NCBI GenBank assembly: GCA_030141605.1
Contig: JAQGDQ010000276.1
Span: 243,270-307,269 of the forward strand
Direction: 5' to 3'
DNA from: Tubiluchus corallicola
Taxonomy: Eukaryota > Animalia > Priapulida
DNA: 64,000 bases
Part shown: positions 1 to 23,479 of the stretch, one piece after another
Numbering within the stretch: the stretch's first letter is position 1
Layout of the letters: every line of letters begins with the position of its first letter
Position numbers and translations under genes: made by a program
The notes under the pieces: generated by a model
Seen by the model: the letters and a program-made list of their open reading frames with translations, nothing else
Database searches by the model: none
What the model was told of the DNA's origin: nothing

Positions 1-139
1 TTCTCAGCACCAGGAATGACGGGTTAAATTTAACTGTAAATTAATTTGCAAATGCTGACTCAAGTAAAGTATGCAACAATAACTTATAAATATGTAGTAA
101 TACACGCAATGACCCACAATAATTGTAAAATTCAAATCT

Positions 140-1260
140 ATAAGTGTTCCTTGCTCACTAGAAGATTTTGATGACGTTTTACAACCTACCTACAACTTAC
201 CTGGAAGAGCTTAGCGTGCTTACCACTCGGAAACCAAAATATTAGCTTAATATGCCACAAAGGACTGCTGCTATCATTACTGAAAATCTCTGAATTGGTT
301 CTATGTTAAGTCTTTATTTTTAAACCCGTACCACTGCATACGTAATAACCACAGCGAAAGCAGGCACGGAGAATCAGAGTGGTTACATACACTCAATTAC
401 AGTAGATATAGACACATTATTCAGTAGCATGCTGATAAATAATCCAACTTAGAGCTTAGAACAGGTTAAGGACCTAAACATGTGAAAGTGAAAAGTGAAA
501 AATCATTACAGGATGAAATCTAATGATGCCAGCACGATCGCATTATAACACTGTTTACGAGCAAGATTTGTTGAACGTGTCATTGTAGATAAAAACGAGT
601 TTGACGGAAAATCTTGTTTTCAACTTACCAAGGAAAATCGTGCAACCTACAATCAGTGCCTCTATCAATACTGTCCTAACAGCCCCATACCTCCACCATT
701 GGGTGAAAGCTTGTCTACAAAATACAAATTATGCGGGAATTGCGAGTCACTAGCACATGTCCTTAATGGGTGCAAAGTCACGTTAAACCGAAACAGGTAT
801 AGCTATAGATATGCCTCTACTGTACTTCAACTCTGAAAATTTCTTAAAACATCACGATATCAAAACTATACAAAGTACTCATTGTACGTAGACATTAAAA
901 ATGGTAACAGAAGGAGCAATACTAGTAGATTGGAACATGACAAACATTGGACTCAGGACAAAACTACAACTTAAAGCAGAAGTATGTTCATTGAACTTAT
1001 GGTGTCTTTCAACACAAACGGAACAAACTACAAAGGCATTAAATGTTCATCTTTATTCATAGACTCTCCACTGTTGGTTTCTCTGCAGAACTCATAACAA
1101 TGGAAATTGGTTGCAGTGAATGCATGCCCTCAGAAAACTTTAAAAAGGTAAAGAAACTTATAAGCTTAACAAAGTCGAACAGCAAACCATCAAAATTATG
1201 AAAAGTCATCAAAACGAGTTTTCGCGGCCTATTCAATTTTCCTTCCGAAATATGTGCCTT
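140..1260 (+). mobile_element. Degenerate 3' region of an RLE-type non-LTR retrotransposon (HERO/R2-like)
   Basis: Broken frames give INTVLTAPYLHHW (~664-702), a CCHC-knuckle-like YKLCGNCESLAHVLNGCKVTLNRNRYSYR (~723-809), MFIELMVSF (~984-1010) and MEIGCS (~1100-1117). This is the motif order of restriction-like-endonuclease LINEs. Many stops and frameshifts; boundaries approximate. Confidence 0.6.
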
Positions 1261-1579
1261 CTATTTTTGTGTCTAAAAGTAACAGTTTAAACGTAATACT
1301 GTTGTAAAGTACTGTAACATGAATATAATTCTCAGCATATCCTTTGCAAATTCTCAAATTTTCTGTATAGCTTGTCTTATGTCTCCAATATAAATACGTA
1401 TTTGGTCTCATTCTCTGTGATAATTATACGTAATATGTGCATACTGTACACTGTTTTGTTATGTTTAACTGCTGTTTGTGTGAAGTTCTTTCCTGCAGGA
1501 CAGGTAACTGTCCTAGCCTGGAGATATGTAAAATATGCTTTATTTATTTGAAAGAAAGTAAACATAGAGGCCTGATTTG

Positions 1580-2927
1580 CAGTGGCGTCGTGCCGGGGGG
1601 GCCCGGGCCCCCCCAATTTTTTTAGAAAATGTCAAAAATTTGAAGGGCGTCAGCGGCTCGTAATGAGACCGGTAAGCAAATTTATTTCCGACTTTTTGAC
1701 ACGCGGCCAGCGCTCCATAAATGCGAACAGTATGAGCATGAGTATGTGTTTACCTGAAAGTCAGGATGTAGTTAATTTGTTTGCCTGTAATCTATCTATT
1801 CAGGAGGCAGGCAGGAACAGTTAACAAAGCAGCTCGTTGAGTAGCATTAGCGTCTTTGCACAAAAGACTGTTAGTTAACAAAACGGCTCAGTTAGCACTC
1901 GAGCTTCGTTCAGCAGTGTGTTATAATAGAGAATAAGTGAAATAATAGAGCAAAAACAATGCAAACATTGAAGTCATGTTGAGCTTGCCTAGTACCAGAG
2001 AGTCAGTTTGTCCAGCTAGCCTAGTACCAGAGAGTCGGTTTGGGAGATACCAATTGATGAGCCATGGCTCAGCCACCTCCTGATTGGACATTAATGACTC
2101 TTTGCTACTCCTTAGTGACTCTTTCCCACGAGTTTGCTGCATAAAAGGGCGTGATTTTGAGCACATTTCATCATTTTTCTGCTGCTAGGAAAATCTTTGC
2201 TAGTTTTCGCTGCGATTTTAGTTATATTTCTTAAACGATGTCGAGGCAGTCCAATCTGACTTCATTTTTCAAGTCCAACCGTGTTCCCGACCCAGGTTCT
2301 ACGGCGTCTGTATCTACTGTAACGTCGATTCCAACAGAACGAATCCAAAAGGATGAGTACATCCGTCGCGGGCCATTGCGGGACGTAGTGGATGCATACC
2401 CAAAGACCAAAATGGGAGGAAAATCGAGATCATTTCAGGGTCAGTGGTTCAACGATAGGTCATGGTTGGAATACGTAAAGGATATTGATGCTGCATTCTG
2501 TTTCCCGTGTCGTGTGTTTGGCGCTTAAATTTGTCAAGAATGCTCTCCGCAGTACAATGAGTCAGACGCGACTGAGTGACCTGATGATCCTTGCAGTTGA
2601 GGCTGAGAAAACAAAGAATATGGACTTGAAGTCTGTGGTTGAGCTCTTCTGGAGTGATGTTCTGCGTCGATAGTTCTGCGTCGGATTCCTGACAGCTGAT
2701 AAATACTTAATTAAATTTTAATTTAATTTTTAATTTTAATTAAGTTTCCGTTGCTATAGCTTTAAGTTAAATGCCATGTTAAATAAATCGTTTTTCTTGC
2801 ACGCAAAATACTGTTTATTTTTTTTTCAAAATTAAATTTTCAAAATTTAAAATTAAAATTTAAACAGTTAAAATCCGCCATTATAGTCGCCCCCCCCCCC
2901 AATTTTTTTGGGTGCACGACGCCCCTG
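1580..2927 (+). mobile_element. Non-autonomous hAT transposon (internal deletion derivative)
   Basis: TIRs CAGTGGCGTCGTGC (1580) and GCACGACGCCCCTG (ends 2927). Perfect 8-bp TSD CTGATTTG at 1572-1579 and 2928-2935. Internal ORF remnants encode a TTF-type zinc finger and a hAT C-terminal dimerization motif. Confidence 0.92.
2238..2673 (+). pseudogene. Truncated hAT transposase: N-terminal TTF-type Zn finger joined to C-terminal dimerization region
   Basis: ORF 2238-2528 contains RSFQGQWFNDRSWLEY...AFCFPCRVF. A second frame, 2485-2673, contains LKFVKNALRSTMSQTRLSDLMILAVE. The catalytic DDE core is absent. Confidence 0.8.
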
Positions 2928-3054
2928 CTGATTTGTGTTCAGTGCTTTTTAACAATATCTGTAGAAATTTGTTTTTCATTTGCATTGAGAAAAATTAACC
3001 ACTAATATTATATTTTCTTTAAAAATCACTAATGAATTTTTGTGTAATTGTTAG

Positions 3055-5573
3055 GCATGTTTTCAGAATCAACGACAGCATTTCAAGCAATTGGCAAGAA
3101 AGGAGACAGTCCTCGAAAGCTCTAATACTTCAGTTCAATCCCATGAACTTTCAGTGTATGGAAACTTTCAATTGCCACTAAAATCCATCAGTATTGCTGT
3201 TCCGGCTCAAGGTTACTTGAGTGAAACATCTCTTGCTTTACAAGAAACACCTGTATTTACACAGCAGCAGATTATGTCCAATTTTGCAATAACAAAGGAC
3301 CAAGTGCATGAATCATCTATTGACACTAAATCATTATCAAATGTAGATGAACAGAACAACCTCGATGCTTTACTCAGATACATTCATGAACAAAAGCCCA
3401 CGATTTTATTTGAACCATTACCAATAACAGCACTTCCAGCTGATAGGATATTAGAAAAATGTGAACATACACCCAGCATCTTACCAATACCGCCACTACT
3501 ACCTTTTATGCCATTACCGTCAAGCTTTAAGTCTCAATTGAAAAGTTACAATGACAGTTACAGATGTGATGTGACCGTGGAAGGTAGTTTTCCATCAGTA
3601 GAAGTGCTTCCTGGGTTTATGGAATCACTTAATAGTAGGAACTTTCTGTATCCTCTTACTGAAGAGTCTGCTTCACCACCTTTCTGCACCTCGTACCAGA
3701 ATGACAGGAACTATAACATGGCAAATGCTTTTTGTCAGAATTCAAACTGTAGTACTGTTTGGATGGTAGAAGAGTCAACATACGTGAATAGTGAAGCCAA
3801 CAAAGGACATTCTGACAGTAATGTTATTTCTCAAGAACGAGTCTCCTCATCACGTGTAGATAACACCGAGCAACAATATATTCCAGTCAGCTTCATCAAC
3901 CTGGACATACATATACCAACAATATATGATAGCTCTATCACAGGATCATTGTATGACTACAGCAGCACTCGATCAGATTTGTGCATCTTGAAAAATACTT
4001 ATTCTACTTTTTGCTCCGTGCTTCCAATTGCTGGTCATAAGTCACATATCGCACGTTCCAGCAACTGCAAGGCACGACAACAAATGCAAACTTCTGTCAC
4101 ACTTGATGATTTCTGCTCATTGTCTAATGACATTCATCTTAAAACTTTTAACCAATTGCACGCAACAGAACCTTCTATATTTGACAAAGCATTAAATTGT
4201 GAAGCTAATTTTCCTTCTCGCCATGATGAAGAAATTCGTATTAATTCTTTAATACCTGGTCAGCAATTAGATGACTATGGTACGATATCTGCTTGTGTTC
4301 CTGTGACCTCTTTGTGCACAAAAGATGCACCATTGGATTTTACTAATAATTTTGCATATTGTGCAAGTTCTTCTGCAACGTCAGTTCAGTCTCCTCGATT
4401 TCATGACTGTAGTTTTTACACTGTAGATGGAGCCAGTGCCTCAAAAAAACTTCACCGTGAAACAGAACCGTTTAACGCAGAACATAAGACAATTCTTGAT
4501 CTGTCTATGATAGGTAATTTAGCACACATTATTTTAAATAATTCTGTATTTTAATAAGAACTTACAGTGAACGATTTACCATGCAGGTTTACGTAATAGA
4601 GCTTTTAGTCATATCACATTAGTTTGTTACTATGCTAGCAGGTAATATCCTAATATGCCCCATAATAAGTGTGCTAATATACGCGATTTGTTTAACATAT
4701 ACATGTGTTTAATTAGAAACGATGTTTTCTACACTACAGCAAGAAAGTTTTCTGAGTACTTTTTTAGTAAACACTTTCTTGATAATGTATTAAGTAGCCA
4801 CAATTTCTTCATAATTTAAGAAGTCCTTTCATCACCCAGTATAATTGCACAATCTAATTTATTATTTGACATAAGCTGATGTACATTTAATTGTTCATAG
4901 TAAGACTGCAATAAGCTTTAATAAGTCTTTGTTGTTTTATGTAGGAAAAGAACCACAGGAAGTTCTTTGCCAAAATGAAAATTCTTGGCAAGTTTATGGC
5001 CATCAGGATTTTTGGCCGTTAGTGACCTCGAGGCAGGATACTAGTGCAGACAGTGCTTATGCTGACCCGAACAATAATAACATACAATGTAACTACAGTT
5101 TGTGCAATAATTTAGATGAAGAACAACTAAGTTTTTCCACTTCAGTAATAAACTTTTCTGATCACGTTTGTCAAGAAACTGAAAATTTTGAGATTCAGAA
5201 TTCTACTTTTCACAGCGCTAGTGAAAGGAACCGTAATGGAGTAATTGACTATGTTTCGCAATGTCATCAATGTCCTCTGGCTTCACTTGATGAACACTGT
5301 GACTACACTACGTCTCTTGTTGAATGCGGGCAGCATCCAACAGGCTCTTGTGAATATACTTCTGTAACTTCTCTACAAGACAATCTTAAGCAAGGTATTA
5401 GTCACAATGGACTCACAAACAATGCAGAGATTCAGCTTTACTGCAACGAAGATCCCACTTTACCTGAATTTAGCATGCTGCGAGCTTGCTTGAATGGTAC
5501 ATTTGCACAAGCTGAATATGAACATAGATCTGAACTGCCTGGATATTTCAAGGAATTTTTTTATAATGAATAA
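3055..5573 (+). CDS. Last two coding exons of an uncharacterized Ser/Asn-rich protein, possibly a divergent homeobox gene; 5' exons not found in window
   Basis: Exon A ~3055-4513 follows the acceptor ttag (3051-3054) and ends ATA G|GTAATT. Exon B 4945-5573 follows ttttatgtag and ends TAA. Phase 1 matches on both sides, and ~2.1 kb of open frame occurs in very AT-rich DNA. An alternative acceptor exists at 3066. Confidence 0.65.
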
Positions 5574-8500
5574 TGAGTTTTATAGTTAGCATCCAAAAAA
5601 GCTCATACTTTTATGTTGTACCAAAGCCTCTTTTTGTGGTTTTTGGACATTTTTGAAACCGAGTTGCCTGAAATTTTTTTTGACCCTTATTCAGTTATAA
5701 TGATGTGTAAAATAATGTTCTGTTCTCAAAATTAAAATACAAAGCTGCTACATGTAGATTTTGTTTACGAAATATTTGAAATTATTAATTGTTTTATTGC
5801 TTATCTTTACCCACAAATATGAACTATTACATTTTTTATATTTTGTGCTATTATATTATGACAACTTAAACCATTTGGGAGGGACCAAAATATTTTGAGA
5901 TCAAATGAATGGCAATCTAATATCATTACAGCAGTTTTGTACATTTATTATACAGTATTATTGTGTATTATAAAAAAAGTATACAAAATACTCGGGTGTT
6001 TTAAATATTTTATATTTTTACATTAATATGACAATAATGCCATTAGTGATGTTTGCCTACACCATTTTTGTGTTCAAATGATCCTACGGGGCACTACCAA
6101 TTTAATTTTTACATATTTTTGTTGTTTGTTATTGTTATGGTTAATGTTGGTGCCTGTTTTTATTACTATAACTCTAACTACAGAGTATTATGTTGTTATG
6201 TTTAGTATATCACTGTATTACTGTATTAATAAACCAACATTATTATTTGAAAAGCTGTATTGTTAATAGCAAGCACAAGTTTTCATTTTTGGAAATTTTT
6301 ATTAAGTTTAATAAATAATAATACAGTAACAACGGAACTAGGGTAACATGAAGGTGAAATTACATAAAATACAATGTAATACCAACCAACTGATAATATA
6401 ACAAGTTTATAGAAACAAAATTATTTACAATGAAACAGGACATTGGGTATAAAGCAGTTCTGAAGCACTTTGTTTAGCAAAGAGCTGCAGGATGTCAGGT
6501 GCTTAATGAGTATTATGTTTATCAAGAATTTTCTTGAAATAATAGATAATAGAATCTGTTGTCATTCCTAAATTTGTCTTGGCATGTAATCGATCTAAGA
6601 TCAGTAAACAATCTTCGACAATGTAAAGCATAATCATGAAGCACACTTCACAAGTGTATAAAAAGCAAATTTTATTAAAGTCACATGTAAAGTGCACAAA
6701 TTTTACACCTCATTTTTTATTAATTCTAGGCTCTAGCTAGAAACCAAAAGAAACAAGTCTGAAAAATTGGAACTTGGCTATGAACACAGAACCTTTAAGA
6801 TCAAGACAGTTCCAGATTCAGTCCCATAGCTCACCAATCATTCCAACATTTCTAAACATTAGTTTGTTGATGCTAAAGCAATTACTCATCACTTAGATCA
6901 ATTTTTTAAATAATCTTGAGTGTAGAATAGTCTGAAGGTAATTCATTGATTATAAAGGTCTTTATAAATTAATAATCAGTTGCACTTATATTTCTTCACA
7001 GTTTTCCTGGTTCCTTTACTTATTTACAGCTTTATAAATTATGCCATTAATGGCTAATTATCAAATCACATAACCGACAAGGGTCTACATGAACTTTAAT
7101 TTTTTTCAAGTTGCATCCTGTTTACTCAAATTACTACTGTATTTTGCAAGGATGCCATTATTTGTAGCCTCTTTGCAACCATACATGTCTTAATTTATTT
7201 TATACAAAGAAACTAAGAACTGTGGTCTGAAGTCTGGAATAAGTGATGGCAATTTTCAATTGTTTGGTGTAGTAACTTGTAACTCAATTGTTTTGCAACC
7301 TTTTACACCAAAAATGCAACTTTTTCATGGTACATGTATAAAACTTACTTTCTTCAAAAGTAAATATCAGAATTTTACCAAATTTTATATTAAATCACAG
7401 ACTATGAATAAGTACATTAATAGGCTTTCACACAGCACAGTTTCTGATTACAGAGCACAAAACAGCAGGTTAGCAATTTCGTAAGAAATTTCATTAAAAT
7501 GCATATTTTTAGGCAGAAGTACTAGTTAGTGAATAAAATGTCATTGCTGTTACAAATTAATTTTGTTCAATTACTTGTCCTATAGTTATAAAACAGAAAT
7601 AAATGTCTTTATTTATTATTTCACACAAATTGCCCCAAGCCAGGCCAATGGCCACTCATGGTAAGGGGTTACAGTAAAGAGGTGAAGCATAGAATAATTA
7701 CAGAGAAATAGGATTCATGTAACTGCATATAATTTGCTAGTACCTGTCAATGCTTTTGAATTGAGTAAGATTGTTTTTCACGGAAAAATTTTCTGATAGA
7801 CTATAAAAACATAGGAATTCCCTGGGAAAGATTTGAATTTATAATCAGCTTTTCTACATCTAGGAATGTCCAGGGTAAGGTTTGAGAAGTAACAAAAACC
7901 AGCTGTGTATTACACAGCTACATTCAATGTTCTGGCTCTTAAACTTATATTACATTTGCCTAGCTGTCAGGATCTTGTTAATTTTATAATATGTTTATTG
8001 CATACTGGCAATAGTTACAGCATTAAGACAAGAAGGTAAAAATCCAAGGCTCCAAAATCATGTATGTCTTTTTTCAATATGACTTATAAGTAAAACAATA
8101 TTTGATTACACCCAATTCAGCCAGCAAATTTTTTACTTCTACATTTGATCCGTTCGACTGGCTTCTAAAATGAAAGGTCGTGAATGGCTAGAATTGGCAA
8201 ATTAGAAACTCATCGAATCGCTAGAACTGTCAATTTGTAAAGGCACAGCATTGCTTTCGGTTTTAGGTCATTAGAGTTTGATATAGGCATTCCACTTTTT
8301 TTCAATAATATTACATTTTAAGCCACTTCTGAATTAAATGGCTAATTCAGTAACTGTTAACTGTTGCATTTCCATAACCGCTAACATACTCGACAATATC
8401 CACTATATATGACTCTACCGTACAGTAAATACTAACCACAATTTTGTTTACAAACATCAGCGTTTTAGGCATGACAGATTGGCAGTTCAATGTCATTGCA

Positions 8501-9553
8501 CTTTTTAATTTTGCCGAAAAGAATCTTAAAGACAGCTGAGCTTTAGCTTGTTAAACATGATAATAAAATACATTATGTGAAATGCTTTAATACAAAAAAT
8601 ATCTTATGCCCATGACCAGTATAAGGCACCATTATATTCGTGAGTCTAACTGGATTCACACCATATGGATTAAATTCTTAATACAAATTATTTTCTTTGA
8701 AAATCAAATTGCTTCACATCCTGCATAATTGTACAAGTAGTTAAACCAATCTTCGAGAAACTTGACAATGATCCTCTCTTGTATGATAGAAAACTAGAGG
8801 ATGCATATTCCCTCAAGAATATACTGGAACTCCACAGATACATTACAAATGATTCGTGTACAAGTGGTATATAATTTACATTTTATACTCTACAGACCGC
8901 TACTCATAAATGCAGCCTTTAGCTCATAATGCCTCCAATGTTGCTGCAAACTGTTCTATGTGCTGCTTAATTACCTTTGCTTGCTCTTGCTGTGATGCCC
9001 GTGGATTTTTCTTTATGTAATCACATATTGCAAAAATTGCTGCACTCTGGAAAAAAACAGAATTTGTTTTATAATAACATACTTCATGAAGCCATAAAAT
9101 TTACAAAAAGGACAATGGACAGGGACAGATTAAAAAACTGGACAAGTGCCAACCAAGAGTCGTCATATTACCTTATACTTAGATAACTCGGGCTTTGTGA
9201 CAATTTTGGTGGGCCCCAAGTCTCAGTTTACGTCTAATTCGTCACTTATTTGGCTTCTTGTCTGTACATTCCGATTAACTAAGATAAACAGACTAAGTGG
9301 ACTTTAATGCCTGCCAAATATTGTTCTGATATTTTTCCCTGAGAACTGTTTAAAAATTGCCTAATATTTTCTTTGTTATTCTTCTTTTTTTTATATTTAG
9401 AAAATTCATATCTATGCTGAAGACGTGAAGAGATTGCAGAGTTGTCGAATGCATGTAGAATTAATTACCGAAGACAATAAACATTTTTTTAAAAGTGGTT
9501 AGTCATTAAGTGCATAACTGCAACTGATAAAAGAAGACCAATGTGACAATGGG

Positions 9554-9676
9554 GGAACTGATAAAACTGCTTAAGTGGCAGGACAGGAACTGATAAAACT
9601 GCTTAAGTGGCAGGACAGGAACTGATAAAACTGCTTAAGTGGCAGGACAGGAACTGATAAAACTGCTTAAGTGGCA
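9554..9676. repeat. 32-bp tandem repeat (~3.7 copies) just upstream of the FASTKD start codon
   Basis: Unit GGAACTGATAAAACTGCTTAAGTGGCAGGACA, copies identical. Confidence 0.95.
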
Positions 9677-9800
9677 TCTCTTCTAGAAATTTGACATGTG
9701 ATCCTGCATAACCAAATCAAATACAATTGTTGAGCATGCAGACTGAGTGAAATTCTACTTTCACTGAATGCTCGAGGCGGCTAGCATCTGAATTACCAGC

Positions 9801-21032
<11,232 letters not shown>

Positions 21033-23479
21033 CGATAACATTAATCTAGTTTTATGTACGATAAGCTATTAAAAATAAAAACAAAAAAATGAAAATGTTT
21101 ATTTTTTTAATAATAATAAATTTATTTGGAAGTGTAAATACAAATACAATAACAATAAACACTGGGAAAGAATAAATATTAATAATAATGATGATATGAC
21201 AGCGTGCATATAATAAATGGCAAGAACCAGAAGTAAAACTTGTTAGGTGCTTGCAACATTATAAACACGTCCAAATAATGCGAAAAAAAGAACAAAGAAA
21301 CTAAAGGTTTTTAGGCAATTTAAAAAAAGAGTTGTGCAAAGTAAGGATAGAAGTGATGGATAACAGAATGTTCAAGAGGGTAGGAAGAGTGGCTTGTGGA
21401 GGATTCGGCTTATCTATATTGGTTGTAAGCACAATCATTAATGTTCTTAAGTTTCTTTGTAAATTTAATAATTAAAAAACTTTTAAAATACATGAAAAAA
21501 CAATCTATGCTAGTGAAAGCTTAATGAGACAGGTGAGTTAAGTTGACATCCGTCATACTACTTCAAGTCGATAAGTGGACCCGAAAACTGAGGCGGCTAC
21601 GAGATTAAAAAAGTCATAATAATTGAATCAAAATGCTAGAAAAGTGATTTAAAGGAAATGCTTGGCTCTTAGTTTGTGGATTCGAGTGGCAATTGTTATT
21701 GACAATTGAATTTCAAGATTAACAATTAATAATAGATTGAACCCACAATTGTTAGTTTTTGTAAAGCCAGACTTACCCGAAGGAAAGAAATGTGAAAAGC
21801 TTAGGACTGAACTTCAGACTTTATTACAAGTACATTATGCCGTTATCCACTACACCACAGGACCCTTGTGACCAAAGCAACTCTTGATTTTGTCCAAATG
21901 GGTAAGAATACAAATATTTACCTATGGTGTATTCTCTACTTTATGTTAGTTAGTTCTTGATTTTATAAGAGTTAATATAATTCATTAATAATAAATAATG
22001 GTTATTAATAATTATTATTACTTGTGGTAAGTAAATGGAGTTACTGGTATGGTTAGTAATGAAGTTGGTGAGTCGGAATTACACTTGCTTGTTCACTGTA
22101 ACTGTGAGATTCAGCGGTAATAACGAGGATTTCTACGGGAAAAGTCTAGCAGCCCGAACATTTTACATTTCCGTCTTTCGAATGAAATTGTTTTAAAAAA
22201 TTGCCGAATTTTGTGGGTCCATTCCCGTCAAGTGTTGGTACGTAAACATTGGCACGTTTATATAATGTGGCATTTTAACACTCACTGATTGCACCATTTA
22301 TTCCCCGGGATCAACAAGTCCATGAAACCAAGGCTTTGAACAGCCAAGTAGTCAGTATGTGTTTCTGGAACCAAAGTTAAGCAACACTGAGCTTGATCAA
22401 CTGGTAAACTGCCAGTTTGGTCTGCAATATTTATTCTCATTATTTCGTTTAGGGAGGATAACCTCTGACAAAATAGTTTTTATCTTAAAAAATCATCCTT
22501 GGTTTTTAAATCCTGTTATTACCATCTACATTAAAAATGGTTTGCCTGTTTTCCAACTCTTTTTGAAAAGAATTACTGACTAAATAACTAATGACTAATG
22601 ACCAAATCTTATAGTCCATACTTGGAATACAAATGAACAGGTTAATTGCAATACTTGAAAGTACAATAAAAATTATGTATATATATATGACATCAGGCTT
22701 TCATCACCATAAACGTTTTAATAAAAATAAAAAACAGTATTTTAAAATATGTATTCTGCTACACTATCCTAAACAATTTAACAACTTGTTAATTTGACAA
22801 GATAGCAGTAAAATATACATGTGGCTATTGACAAATGCACATTTGTACTTGTGCATGTATGATGTATACCCTCTAGAACTGTCTATCAATATTGTGACTT
22901 TTGTCAGAGACTAGGGCTTCTGCTTGCAGATAATTATGTTCTGTTATGTCATCTATGTCTTTAATATTTTTGATCGTCTTACATCAATTTTCATTCAGAG
23001 CAAAATCTTTTAAATTGTGCACGTGATCCCATTTAATCTCATGTAGTACAATCTTTTTAAACCGAGTTCTTTCTTTAATTCAATTCAAGTCAATTTTATT
23101 TAGCAGGTCAAATTCGTTTAGTATCTCTTTTTTGTATTCTAAATAAGTTTGCAATTCTTGAAGTGTGAGAGTTGCGGGCAGGTGCTGAAATTTCGAAAAT
23201 TAGCCCATGCATTTCTTGACCAGCTGATCACGCTGATCACACCGGAGGCTGATAATGTTTTTAGAACTTTCGTAAGCAATGCTAATCATAATGTTAAGAT
23301 CAGTTGTACAACAGTTGAAAGTTAGCGAGGCTGTACCAACCTTTATTTTGATCTAGACAGACTGATTCACATCAATTTAAGAAAAATACATTGAAATTAA
23401 GGATATGAAACATCTTAAAGCAAATTTTTCATGCACGGCAATTGGTTCAACATAGATAGACTGCAACTAGACTTAAATG

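Noticed and set aside
1437-1625. ORF NCPSLEICK...LKESK as the missing homeobox 5' exon
   Set aside because: The similarity is marginal, and I found no convincing phase-0 donor to join to 3055.
6280-9200. Possible decayed LINE pieces on the minus strand between the unknown gene and FASTKD
   Set aside because: Only vague peptide echoes; I could not establish frames or boundaries by eye.
21100-22450. Possible decayed L2/CR1-like LINE on the minus strand
   Set aside because: Hints of a 3' tail and endonuclease motifs, but too degenerate to support.
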